Shown piece by piece: positions 8,678 through 17,139 of a stretch of 32,000 nt of DNA (positions are counted from its first letter, which is position 1; every line of letters starts with the position of its first letter). The notes under the pieces are model-generated. The model searched no databases. It saw only the letters and a list, made by a program, of their open reading frames with translations, and had not been told where the DNA came from. The position numbers and the translations under genes are program-made. Source of the DNA: Alkalilimnicola ehrlichii MLHE-1 (GTDB lineage: Bacteria > Pseudomonadota > Gammaproteobacteria > Nitrococcales > Halorhodospiraceae); assembly GCF_000014785.1 (NCBI RefSeq), contig NC_008340.1:1350001-1382000 (forward strand). Direction: 5' to 3'.

Positions 8678-10101
8678 CCGTGCGCCTGCCGGCGCCGTTG
8701 CGGCCCTTCGCCGGGGACCAGCCGGAACTGCACGTCCCGGGCGCCAGCGTGGGCGAGGTGCTCGAGGCCCTGGCCCGCGACTACCCGCTGCTGCACGCCC
8801 GTCTGGTGGATCCGGACGGCGAGTTGCGGGCCTTCGTCAATCTTTTCCGGGGTGAGCAGGACGTACGGGAGCTGGCGGGGCAGAGGACGCCGCTGCGGCC
8901 GGGCGATGTGCTGACCGTGTTGCCGGCGGTGGCCGGCGGGGCGCCCTCCGCCCTGGAGCGCCTCTCGGCGCGGATTCGCCGGGAGGTGCCGGAGGTCACA
9001 CCGGCGGAGGCGCAGAAGCTGGCGGCGCAGGGGGCAGTGCTGCTGGATGTGCGGGAGGCCGGGGAGGTGGCAGAGGGCAGCCCCACCGGCGCGCTGCGCA
9101 TCGACCGCAACTGGCTGGAGTTGCGCATCGAGGAGGCGGTGCCCGAGCCGGAACGGCCCATCCTTACCCTGTGCGCCGTGGGACAGCGCTCGCTGCTGGC
9201 GGCGGACGACCTGCGTCGCCTGGGCTATCGCGACGTGCGCAACATCGCCGGCGGCTTTAACCGCTGGAAGGACGAAGGCCTGCCCTTCGAGGTGCCGCGG
9301 GTGCTGGATGACGCCTCGCGGGCCCGCTACGCCCGCCACCTGCGCATGCCCGAGGTGGGTGAGGCGGGGCAGCTGCGCCTGGGCGAGAGCCGGGTGGTGC
9401 TGGTGGGGGCCGGAGGGCTGGGTTCGCCGGCGGCGCTCTATCTGGCCGCGGCCGGGGTGGGCACCCTGGTGCTGGTCGACCATGACGTGGTGGACCGCAG
9501 CAACCTGCAGCGCCAGATCCTGCATACCGACGACCGGGTCGGCCAGCCCAAGACGGAGTCCGGGCGGCAGGCGGTGGCCGCGCTTAACCCCCAGGTGCGC
9601 GTGGAGGCCGTCCAGGCCCGGCTGAACAGCGAGAACATCGAGGCCGTGCTCGCCGGCGCCGACTTGGTGATCGACGGCTCAGATAACTTTCCCACCCGCT
9701 ACCTGGTCAATGACGCCTGCGTGAAACTGGGCCTGCCGCTGGTCTACGGCGCGGTCTACCGGTTCGAGGGTCAGGTCACGGTGTTCAATGTGGATGACGG
9801 GCCCTGCTACCGCTGCCTCTATCCGGAGCCGCCCCCGGCGGAGCTGGCCCCATCCTGTGCCCAGGCCGGGGTGCTGGGCGTGCTACCGGGGGTGATTGGG
9901 CTGCTGCAGGCCACGGAGGCGGTCAAGCTCCTGCTGGGTGTGGGGGAGCCGCTGTCCGGTCGACTGGTGCACTACGATGCGCTGCGGGGGCAGTTTCAGC
10001 AATTGCGGATGAAGGCCAACCCCGATTGCCCCGTTTGCGCCCCCGGGCGTCCGTTCCCAGGTTATGTGGACTACGAGGCCTTCTGCAGCAGTTCGGCCTG
10101 A
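8659..10101 (+). CDS. Fusion protein: CysO/MoaD-type beta-grasp sulfur carrier with an internal Gly-Gly, then a rhodanese domain, then a ThiF/MoeB E1 adenylyltransferase domain
   Basis: Start chosen at ATG 8659, in frame within ORF 8566..10101. Residues 1-94 (MSETSVTVRLPAPLRPFAGD...FVNLFRGEQDVR...GDVLTVLPAVAGG) follow the CysO layout and end in GG at nt 8935-8940. Rhodanese loop LTLCAVGQRS. E1 motifs VLVGAGGLGSPAALYLAAAG, DRSNLQRQ, SCAQAGVLG, and Zn Cys pairs CYRC and CPVC. Confidence 0.85.
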   Translation: MSETSVTVRLPAPLRPFAGDQPELHVPGASVGEVLEALARDYPLLHARLVDPDGELRAFVNLFRGEQDVRELAGQRTPLRPGDVLTVLPAVAGGAPSALERLSARIRREVPEVTPAEAQKLAAQGAVLLDVREAGEVAEGSPTGALRIDRNWLELRIEEAVPEPERPILTLCAVGQRSLLAADDLRRLGYRDVRNIAGGFNRWKDEGLPFEVPRVLDDASRARYARHLRMPEVGEAGQLRLGESRVVLVGAGGLGSPAALYLAAAGVGTLVLVDHDVVDRSNLQRQILHTDDRVGQPKTESGRQAVAALNPQVRVEAVQARLNSENIEAVLAGADLVIDGSDNFPTRYLVNDACVKLGLPLVYGAVYRFEGQVTVFNVDDGPCYRCLYPEPPPAELAPSCAQAGVLGVLPGVIGLLQATEAVKLLLGVGEPLSGRLVHYDALRGQFQQLRMKANPDCPVCAPGRPFPGYVDYEAFCSSSA

Positions 10102-10164
10102 GCGGAAATGGACCGCGGGTGGGCGGTGCGGCCGGCCACGACCGCACCGGGCGCCTCAACGTGC

Positions 10165-10446
10165 TTATTGGTCCAGCGCTTTGTCCACCGCCTCCGGGTG
10201 GGTTTCGCAGAAGTGTTTCAGGGTTAGTTTCAGCTTGACCACGTGGCGGGTATCGCCGCGGGCCTCGGCGTGTTCAATGTCGTCCAGGATCATCCGCCGG
10301 ATGCGTGGACAGCCCTCCGGTGAGTGCACCAGATAGTTGCCCAGTTCGATCGCCAGCATCTCCGAACAGTGCTCGTGCTCGCAAATGGCGTCGATCTCCT
10401 CCTCCGTGAGCTCCGCGAGCTCCCGGCAGTCGTCGATGGTGAGCAT
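10165..10446 (-). CDS. Hypothetical small acidic protein with five Cys (93 aa)
   Basis: Strong GGAGG Shine-Dalgarno (caGGAGGtcaccATG). GC3-rich codon usage. No family recognised (MLTIDDCRELAELTEEEIDAICEHEHCSEML...). Confidence 0.6.
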   Translation of the reverse strand: MLTIDDCRELAELTEEEIDAICEHEHCSEMLAIELGNYLVHSPEGCPRIRRMILDDIEHAEARGDTRHVVKLKLTLKHFCETHPEAVDKALDQ

Positions 10447-10586
10447 GGTGACCTCCTGCTGCTAGGCCGATATTGGGGCTGGGGAACGGGGAGTCTTTAT
10501 ATCAGTATCGATCAGCCTACTGGCCTGTATAGGGCAAACCGTGCGTCATCTTGACGCAGATCAAGACAGTACCGGGCCGACCGGGA

Positions 10587-11474
10587 TCAATCGACGGCGT
10601 GTTCTATGGGCTCCAACGACAGGATGTAATGGGCGATGGCCCGCCGGTCGTCATCGCTCAGATGGCTGCTGGACTCGTCGATGAACTCCCCCATCAGGCC
10701 GCCGGCGAAGTCGCCGTCCGGGTCCATGCCGAAATCCAGGTAGCGGACCAAGTGGCGTTCGCTCCAGCGTCCGATCCCGGTTTCGCGGTGGGGGGTGATA
10801 TTGGGGGCGGTCTCTCCCTCCGGGCCGTCCCGGGCCCCCGCCAGCCACCGGTCGCGGTCGAGGCCGCCGGTGCGGGTTCTCGGCGTATGACACTCGGCGC
10901 AGTGGCTCAGCGCATGGACCAGGTACGCCCCCCGGTTCCAGGTCTCCGAGCGGGACGGATCGGGTTCGAATTCACCCGGCTCGAAGTTCAGCCACTTCCA
11001 CCCGGCCAGGGGCAAGCGCCAGCGCACGTGCCAGTGGAGTTCGTGGGGGCGGTTGGGTTGACTGACCGGTTCCAGTGACTGGAGGTAGGCCCACAGGTCC
11101 TCGAGATCCTGGCGCCGCATCCGGGTGTAGCTGGTGTAGGGGAATACGGGGTAGTAGTGACGCCCGTCGGGCGCGCGCCCTTCGGTCATTGCGCCGATGA
11201 AGTCATCCAGCGACCAGTCCCCCAAGCCGTACTCCGGATCGGGGGTGATGTTCGGCCCGTAAAAGGTGCCGAAGGGCGTCTCCAGCGCCCGGCCCCCGGC
11301 GAGGAACTCGGCGTCCTCGTCCCGGGGCGTATGGCAGGAGACGCAGCCCCCGGCCCGCATCACATACTCGCCGCGGGTGACCGGGTCATCCCCGGGTGCC
11401 TCCGCTGCGGCCGGCCCGGTCAGCGCCAGGACGGCCGCAGCGGCCAGGGCGGCTGTGGGCCAGCGCCCGGTCAT
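10587..11474 (-). CDS. Diheme c-type cytochrome, periplasmic
   Basis: Start moved to the internal ATG (complement of 11472-11474), giving signal peptide MTGRWPTAALAAAAVLALTGPAAAEA. Two CxxCH motifs (CVSCH, CAECH). Starts 10 nt after the cytochrome c' stop. Confidence 0.85.
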   Translation of the reverse strand: MTGRWPTAALAAAAVLALTGPAAAEAPGDDPVTRGEYVMRAGGCVSCHTPRDEDAEFLAGGRALETPFGTFYGPNITPDPEYGLGDWSLDDFIGAMTEGRAPDGRHYYPVFPYTSYTRMRRQDLEDLWAYLQSLEPVSQPNRPHELHWHVRWRLPLAGWKWLNFEPGEFEPDPSRSETWNRGAYLVHALSHCAECHTPRTRTGGLDRDRWLAGARDGPEGETAPNITPHRETGIGRWSERHLVRYLDFGMDPDGDFAGGLMGEFIDESSSHLSDDDRRAIAHYILSLEPIEHAVD

Positions 11475-11484
11475 GGGACCGACC

Positions 11485-11934
11485 TCAGTCGCGGAAATCG
11501 TCGTGACAGGCCCGACAGGATTGGCCCAGATCGCGGAAGGCCGCCATGATCTCCCGGTCAGTGCCATCCTCGCGCACCACCGCGTAGAAGGCCTCCGCGG
11601 CATCCCGGGTCTCAGCAGCGCGCTCTTCGAACGTCTGGCGGTCACTCCAGACCGCCTCGCGGGCGTCGTTGTCGCCGACGTCTGAGCCCTCCGGGAAGAG
11701 GGCGGGGATATCGCGGGTGAACTCCGCCAGTATCCGGGCGTGTTGCTCCAGGTTGTCGCGGAAGTCGACACCGTCCATGATGATGGCGGCCGACGCCGCG
11801 GCATTACCCCCCAGCGAGCTCATCACCCCCTGGCGGTAGTCGACGATGGCCTCCGGATCGGCTGCCATGGCGGGAAAGACCAGGCTGCCCCCCATCGCGA
11901 CGACCAAGCATCCGTTACGAATTGCCTTGATCAT
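11485..11934 (-). CDS. Cytochrome c' (class II c-type cytochrome)
   Basis: 149 aa. Signal peptide ending FPAMAADP. Four-helix-bundle size with a single CxxCH at the extreme C-terminus (CRACHDDFRD). GGAGAG Shine-Dalgarno. Confidence 0.85.
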   Translation of the reverse strand: MIKAIRNGCLVVAMGGSLVFPAMAADPEAIVDYRQGVMSSLGGNAAASAAIIMDGVDFRDNLEQHARILAEFTRDIPALFPEGSDVGDNDAREAVWSDRQTFEERAAETRDAAEAFYAVVREDGTDREIMAAFRDLGQSCRACHDDFRD

Positions 11935-12177
11935 GGAACTCTCCTGTATTTTTGTCTGTCCCTCAGTTAACGCTCGCCACCCAAGGAAACTATCGTCTGG
12001 CCTGCGTGACTTGGCAAGCGGTCAAGGCGAAAATAGCGGTGTGGGGCTGTGGAGTCACGGCGCCGGGTAGCGATTAAAGCGGATTTGACAGGCAGCGTTT
12101 GCTTGCTGTTAGTGTTTACGCACTCAATTCACTCGCGGCCGACGAGGCCGCCCATAAAATTTGGTGTCCAATTGTCC

Positions 12178-12780
12178 ATGACTATCATTGAAACGATGAA
12201 ATCTCGTATGGCGCGCGCCGGCATGGTCGCGGCCGTTTGCGGTGCCCTGGCCCTGGGGACCGGGGTCGCCGGAACGGCCATGGCACAGCAGCAGGGCGGC
12301 CAGGGCATGGAGCAGGCGCAGCAGGCGCAGATGCGTCTGCAGGAGATCCACCAGCAGCTGGGTGAACTCCAGCAGCAGACGCTGGAGGACAACGCCGGCC
12401 TGCGCCAGGAGCAGGAAGACCTGGAGGAGATGGCCGTCACCACCATGGAGAGCATGGGCCACGACCCGCGTGGCAACATCGAGCGCCTCGAGGAGCTGCG
12501 CGACCAGCTGCAGGCCGCCGAGGGCGATCCGGAGCAGCAGCAGAGCCTGTTCGAGGCATTTCAGGAAGAGCGCATGGCCCTGGAGGAGGCTCAGCGCGAT
12601 GCCATGGAGGATGAGGCCTTCATGGAGGCGCAGCAGGACTTCCAGGACAACCTGCTCGCCGCGATGCGTGCCGATCACCCCGAGACCGACGACCTGATCG
12701 CTGAGTTCGAGGAGATCCAGCAGGAGATGATGCAGATGCAGCAGCAGGGTGGCGGCATGCAGGGCGGCGGTATCCAGTAA
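12178..12780 (+). CDS. Secreted Gln/Glu/Met-rich helical protein of unknown function
   Basis: Start at ATG 12178 (alternative 12196) within ORF 12049..12780. Signal peptide ...AAVCGALALGTGVAGTAMAQQ. The mature part is extremely Q/E/M-rich and ends QQEMMQMQQQGGGMQGGGIQ. Followed by a strong hairpin terminator. Confidence 0.7.
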   Translation: MTIIETMKSRMARAGMVAAVCGALALGTGVAGTAMAQQQGGQGMEQAQQAQMRLQEIHQQLGELQQQTLEDNAGLRQEQEDLEEMAVTTMESMGHDPRGNIERLEELRDQLQAAEGDPEQQQSLFEAFQEERMALEEAQRDAMEDEAFMEAQQDFQDNLLAAMRADHPETDDLIAEFEEIQQEMMQMQQQGGGMQGGGIQ

Positions 12781-12832
12781 GCCCTGCCGCCTGTCGACAC
12801 CGCACTCACGAGTGCGTGCGAAAGGTTGCTGT

Positions 12833-12875
12833 GCGAGGACCGGTCCCCTACTGGGGGCCGGTCCTCGCGCGTTTT
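12833..12875 (+). terminator. Rho-independent terminator candidate
   Basis: GCGAGGACCGGTCCCC / loop tact / GGGGGCCGGTCCTCGC. 16-bp stem with one G-U pair, followed by gcgTTTT. Lies 53 nt after the stop at 12780. Confidence 0.6.
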
Positions 12876-12947
12876 CGGGGCCTCATTGGCAGCGGCGCGT
12901 GATCGCGGGACAATGACCGCTTCGTTTCCGAGGAGACCCGGCCCAGG

Positions 12948-13391
12948 ATGCTAAGCCCCGAATCGCAAACCACGGAACTCGCACTGTCCACGCCAGCGCT
13001 GCTCTTTCCGGCGATTTCGCTGCTGCTGCTGGCCTATACCAACCGCTTCCTAGCCCTCGCCTCGCTGATCCGCGACCTGCAGGCGCGCTACCGGGACAGC
13101 CACGACACCCGGCTCAAGGGGCAGATTGATAACCTGCGCCGGCGGGTCATATTGATCCGCAACATGCAGGTGGCGGGGGTGGCCAGCCTGCTCTTTTGTA
13201 CCTTCTGCATGCTGGCCTTGTTCGCGGGCTGGCTCCTGCTGGCGCAATGGATCTTCGCCGTCAGCCTGCTGTTGATGATGCTGTCGTTGGCGCTGTCGTT
13301 GCGGGAGCTGCAGATCTCGGTGGGTGCGCTCAATCTGCAGCTCAGCGATATCGAAGAGGGGCGCCGGCGCGGCGGTGCGGCCGGGCGCTGA
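12948..13391 (+). CDS. DUF2721-like membrane protein
   Basis: 147 aa. Three hydrophobic helices with the characteristic LLLAYTNRFLALASLIRDL segment between them. Confidence 0.7.
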   Translation: MLSPESQTTELALSTPALLFPAISLLLLAYTNRFLALASLIRDLQARYRDSHDTRLKGQIDNLRRRVILIRNMQVAGVASLLFCTFCMLALFAGWLLLAQWIFAVSLLLMMLSLALSLRELQISVGALNLQLSDIEEGRRRGGAAGR

Positions 13392-13401
13392 CGGCCGCGC
13401 C

Positions 13402-14685
13402 TCAGTGCCGCCGGGGCTGGCGGCGGCGCTTGTGGTGGGGTTGGACCCGGGCCATTTTCACCCGGTTGTCCTGGGTTTGCAGGATGGTCACCGGCCAGCC
13501 CTGGATCAGCAGGCTGGTGCCGGCCTCGGGGATCGACTCCAGGTGCTCCAGGATCAGGCCGTTGAGCGTACGGGGGCCATTGGCGGGTAGCCCCCACTTG
13601 AGCACCCGGTTGAGCTCGCGCACGGTGGTCTGACCCTCCACCATCCAACTGCCGTCGGGCTCCTGGTGCATGTTGGCCAGTGCGGAGCCCGGGTCGGTGG
13701 TGAACTCGCCCACGATCTCCTCCAGGATGTCATCCAACGCGGCCAGGCCCATGATGTCGCCGTACTCGTCCACCACCAACCCGATGCGCTCGCGCCGGCG
13801 CTGGAAGTTGAGCAACTGCTGATGCAGCCCGGTGCCCTCGGGGATGAAGTAGGCCTCACCGACCCGGCTTTCCAGGTCACTGCGGGTGAAGTCGCTGCGC
13901 AGCAGGTCGGCCAGCAGTTGGCGGACATGGATCATGCCCACCAGGTTGTCGATGGCGCCCCGGTACACCGGCAGGCGGGTGTATTGGGTGTTGATCAACA
14001 TCTCCACCGTCTGCGCCCAGGGGGCATCAAGATCGAGTCCGACCACCTCGTTGCGGGGCACCATGATGTCCTCCACCGTGGCGTACTCCAGATCGAGGAT
14101 GCTCAACAGCATTTTCTGGTGGCGTCGGGGGATCAGGTTGCCGGCCTCATTGACCACCGTGCGCAATTCCTCGCGGCTGAGGCTGTCGTCGCCGGTGTCG
14201 GTGACGCGGACGCGAAACAGCCGCAGCAGGCCATTGGCCACGGTGTTGACCATCCAGACCACCGGGTAGCTCACCAGCAGCAGCGGCGTCAGGGCGTAGG
14301 CGGCGGGGAAGGCCACCCGCTCCGGGTTCACCGCCGCCAGCGTCTTCGGTGTCACCTCGGAGAAGATCAGGATGGTAATGGTGAGCAATACCGCGGCGAG
14401 GGCGATCCCCGCTTCGCCCATCAGGCGGATGGCGATCAGCGTGGCCAGCGACGAGGCGGCGATGTTGACCAGGTTGTTGCCCAGCAGGATCACGCCCAGG
14501 ACCCGGTCGGGCCGCTCCAGCAGGCGCTCCGCCAGGCGGGCGCCGCGGTGGCCCTGCCTTGCCAGGTGACGCACCCGGTAGCGATTCACCGCCATCAGCC
14601 CGGTCTCGGAGCCGGAGAAGCAGCCTGAGAGCACGATCAGCACACCCAGGGCGATGAACAGGGTGGATAGCGGGATGGCCTCCAC
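13402..14685 (-). CDS. CNNM/HlyC-CorC family transporter (DUF21 + CBS pair + CorC_HlyC)
   Basis: 427 aa. N-terminal LSGCFSGSETGLMAVNRYRVRHL DUF21 signature. CBS region (VEDIMVPRNEVVGLD). C-terminal transporter-associated domain. Confidence 0.88.
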   Translation of the reverse strand: MEAIPLSTLFIALGVLIVLSGCFSGSETGLMAVNRYRVRHLARQGHRGARLAERLLERPDRVLGVILLGNNLVNIAASSLATLIAIRLMGEAGIALAAVLLTITILIFSEVTPKTLAAVNPERVAFPAAYALTPLLLVSYPVVWMVNTVANGLLRLFRVRVTDTGDDSLSREELRTVVNEAGNLIPRRHQKMLLSILDLEYATVEDIMVPRNEVVGLDLDAPWAQTVEMLINTQYTRLPVYRGAIDNLVGMIHVRQLLADLLRSDFTRSDLESRVGEAYFIPEGTGLHQQLLNFQRRRERIGLVVDEYGDIMGLAALDDILEEIVGEFTTDPGSALANMHQEPDGSWMVEGQTTVRELNRVLKWGLPANGPRTLNGLILEHLESIPEAGTSLLIQGWPVTILQTQDNRVKMARVQPHHKRRRQPRRH

Positions 14686-14688
14686 GAG

Positions 14689-15147
14689 TCAGGTCCGGAC
14701 CTTGGGGCCGACCCCGGGCAGGGCGCGCAGTCGGGCCAGTTCGTCGTCGTCGGGCAGGCGTGGCCGGTCGCGCTCACGGTCGACGATACAGAGAAAGCCG
14801 AGGGGTTCATCGCCGCTGGCATGGAACTGGTGAAAGGTCTGTGGCGCGATGTAGATACAGTCGTGCCGGCCGATCCGGTGCAGCGCATCGCCCAGGATCA
14901 GCTCCCCCTGCCCGCGCAGGATCACCACCGTGTGAGTGTGCTGATGCCGCTCCAGGGAGGAGTAGCCGCCGGGGGCGATCTCAAAGTACCGGGTCTGGTG
15001 GCCCAGTGCGCGCTCGTCCTCGTCAGCGCCCAGCAGGGTCTGCCGGGTGATGGCGCGGAAGTGGGTGCCATCGGTCTTGTAGGCCTTCAGCGGCACGCCC
15101 TCCCAGCGGTAGTCGCGGGCGTGGATGACCTTCGATTGCTCGGGCAT
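14689..15147 (-). CDS. Cupin-domain protein. By position a candidate methylthio-xylulose-5-P sulfurylase-type partner of the RLP.
   Basis: 152 aa. Cupin metal motifs (SSLERHQHTHTVVILRGQGE ... FHQFHASG). Starts 1 nt after the RLP stop. Confidence 0.75.
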   Translation of the reverse strand: MPEQSKVIHARDYRWEGVPLKAYKTDGTHFRAITRQTLLGADEDERALGHQTRYFEIAPGGYSSLERHQHTHTVVILRGQGELILGDALHRIGRHDCIYIAPQTFHQFHASGDEPLGFLCIVDRERDRPRLPDDDELARLRALPGVGPKVRT

Positions 15148-15148
15148 A

Positions 15149-16246
15149 TCAGTCTCGGATCGCTTGCATCAGGGCTCGGGAGGCGGCCTCGATGTCGCCC
15201 TGGGCGTAAAGGCTGCCCCCGATCAACAGGATGGTATCGGGCCCGTAGGCCTGCTTCCAGTGGCCAGCCCGCTTCACGTCCACGCCGCCGCCCGGTGTCG
15301 GCCAGGCGCTCGCCAGTCCCTCCAGGGGCCGGCGCAGGGCGTGGTTGATGGCCTGGCAGGTGTCGGCGGAAAAGCGAAAGCGGCCGCCAACGTTGGGATA
15401 GATCACGGCATCGGCGCCGGCAATGCGGAATAACTCGCCCAGCAGCAGGGCCGGGCTGATGCCGTGGCGCGGCAGAAACAGCCCGCCGGTCATCGCCGGA
15501 TGCGCCATCAGGGCCAGGCCGTATTCGTCCCGCGCCCAGCGCAGGGTCTCGAGGCCGGTGAGCCAGGGGCTGATCAGGACCATCTCACAGCCGGCGTCCC
15601 GCGCGGCCGCCAGCCGTTCCCCGAGGGCCTGGGGCGCTGCGGTGACATTGGGCAGGTACAGGCTGCGGCCGCCGCTCCTGCGGTTGGCCTGTCGCACCGC
15701 ATCCTGGCAGGCGTTCAGGCGCTCGGCGAAGGGGGCGTCCGGCTGATCGGCCAGGCCGTGGTCGTCCTTGATCAGATCAACGCCGCCGCGGGCGAAGGCG
15801 GCACACCGTGCGGCCAGCGCCGGTGCCGACAGCCCCATGGGCTTGAGCGCGGCGCAAAGCAATGGCCGCGCCCCCACGTCCAGCCGCGCCCGCAGCCCGG
15901 ACACCCCCAGCCCGGGGCCGCCCCAGCGGCGCAGCAGGCTGGGTGGCCAGGCCACCTGAACCAGCCGGATGCCGGACTGCAGCGAGATATTGCCGAAGAG
16001 CAGGTTGAGGCACTGGGTCAGCTCACCACCGATGGCGGCCAGCGGGTAGTCGATCTCGAGGACCCAGTGGTCCGCCCGCGGCTCGAGCGTGCGGATTCGT
16101 CCCACCATGCGCTCGGCGATGTCGCCGGGCAGGCAGTCGGCCGGCATCTCCACGGTCTGCTCCAGGGCGATGCCGCGGGCCTTGCCCTCGGGGGATTCAC
16201 CCTCGGCCAGGTAAAGCTCATAGGTGGCAGTGAGGACGTCGGTCAT
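15149..16246 (-). CDS. RuBisCO-like protein (Form IV RLP)
   Basis: Start at ATG (complement of 16244-16246) with GGAGGAACACCC upstream. 365 aa, MTDVLTATYELYLAEG... RuBisCO large-subunit barrel motifs are present in altered form: ALKPMGLS (KPK becomes KPM) and GGVDLIKDDHG (KDDE becomes KDDH). Also AHPAMTGG and PTPGGGV. Confidence 0.85.
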   Translation of the reverse strand: MTDVLTATYELYLAEGESPEGKARGIALEQTVEMPADCLPGDIAERMVGRIRTLEPRADHWVLEIDYPLAAIGGELTQCLNLLFGNISLQSGIRLVQVAWPPSLLRRWGGPGLGVSGLRARLDVGARPLLCAALKPMGLSAPALAARCAAFARGGVDLIKDDHGLADQPDAPFAERLNACQDAVRQANRRSGGRSLYLPNVTAAPQALGERLAAARDAGCEMVLISPWLTGLETLRWARDEYGLALMAHPAMTGGLFLPRHGISPALLLGELFRIAGADAVIYPNVGGRFRFSADTCQAINHALRRPLEGLASAWPTPGGGVDVKRAGHWKQAYGPDTILLIGGSLYAQGDIEAASRALMQAIRD

Positions 16247-17139
16247 GGGTGTTCCTCCGCGGGCCGCCGGGCCGGCGGCGCCGCCGGTCGGCGCAGGGTC
16301 AGGTTGAGCAGGCCGGCACCGATGACCAGGGCCATGCCCAGAAGGGTCATGGGGCCCAGCAGCTCGCCCCAGATCCACCAGCCGTAGAGCGAACCGAAGA
16401 CCACCGAGATGTAGGTGAAGGGGCCCAGGCGCCCCGACGGGGCGATGGCGAAAGCCCGGGTGAGCAGGAGCTGGGCCGATGTGGCACAGGCGCCAAGGAC
16501 CACCAACAGCACCAGCGTCTGACCCGTTGGTGTCTGCCAGACCCAGGGCAGGGGCAGGGCGGAGACCGTGGTGGCGGTCACGCCGAACCAGAAGACCACC
16601 CGGCGGCTGGATTCCTCCGGGCCCATGCGCCGGATGGTGACCTTGGCCAGCGCCGCCAGCGCGGCACCGGCCAGGCCCACTGCCCCCACCTGCAGGGCGG
16701 CGCCCTGCATGGCCCCGTTGGGTTGCAGGATGAAATAGACCCCAAGAAAGCCGACGGCGATGGCTAGGACGGTACGGCCGGACAGCGTCTCGCGCAACCA
16801 CAGCCAGGCGATCAGGGGTAGAAAGAAGGGGGCGGAGAGCTTTACCAGCAGCGCCTCCGCCAGCGGCATATGGGCGATGGTCCAGAAAAAGCAGTACATG
16901 GCGCCCACGCCGGCCAGGCCGCGCAGCAGATGCAGGTGCGGCACGCGGGTGGCCAGCCCCCGGCGCCCGCCCCGGACCAGCAGCGGCAGCAACAGCAGCA
17001 ACCCGAACAGGTTGCGGAAGAAGACGAGCATCTCGCTGGGCAGTTCCGCCGACGCCGCCTTGATGGTCGCCGCCATGGTCGCCAGCAGTAACTCGGCGAT
17101 GATGATTAGGGTTGCCCCCCGGCGGACGGCATCACTCAT
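16243..17139 (-). CDS. DMT-superfamily (EamA-type) transporter
   Basis: 298 aa, about 10 hydrophobic helices, duplicated EamA-like halves. Its stop overlaps the RLP start (ATGA). Confidence 0.82.
   Translation of the reverse strand: MSDAVRRGATLIIIAELLLATMAATIKAASAELPSEMLVFFRNLFGLLLLLPLLVRGGRRGLATRVPHLHLLRGLAGVGAMYCFFWTIAHMPLAEALLVKLSAPFFLPLIAWLWLRETLSGRTVLAIAVGFLGVYFILQPNGAMQGAALQVGAVGLAGAALAALAKVTIRRMGPEESSRRVVFWFGVTATTVSALPLPWVWQTPTGQTLVLLVVLGACATSAQLLLTRAFAIAPSGRLGPFTYISVVFGSLYGWWIWGELLGPMTLLGMALVIGAGLLNLTLRRPAAPPARRPAEEHP

Noticed and set aside
12007-12025. FNR/Dnr-type site upstream of cytochrome c' (TGACTTGGCAAGCGGTCAA)
   Set aside because: Only about 6 of 10 matches to TTGAT-N4-ATCAA, and the half-site spacing is off by one. 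It is an imperfect inverted repeat that I cannot support as an operator.
15149-16801. Over-long N-terminal extensions offered by the ORF track: RLP 550 aa, diheme cytochrome 405 aa (to 11804), small membrane protein 219 aa (to 18885), dnaE2 1087 aa (to 23940), Ubl-E1 fusion from 8566, Q/E/M-rich protein from 12049
   Set aside because: Each extension is Arg/Pro/Gly-rich high-GC read-through and overlaps a well-supported neighbouring gene. Each also has an internal ATG with a good Shine-Dalgarno that yields the expected N-terminus (a signal peptide or the family-typical start).
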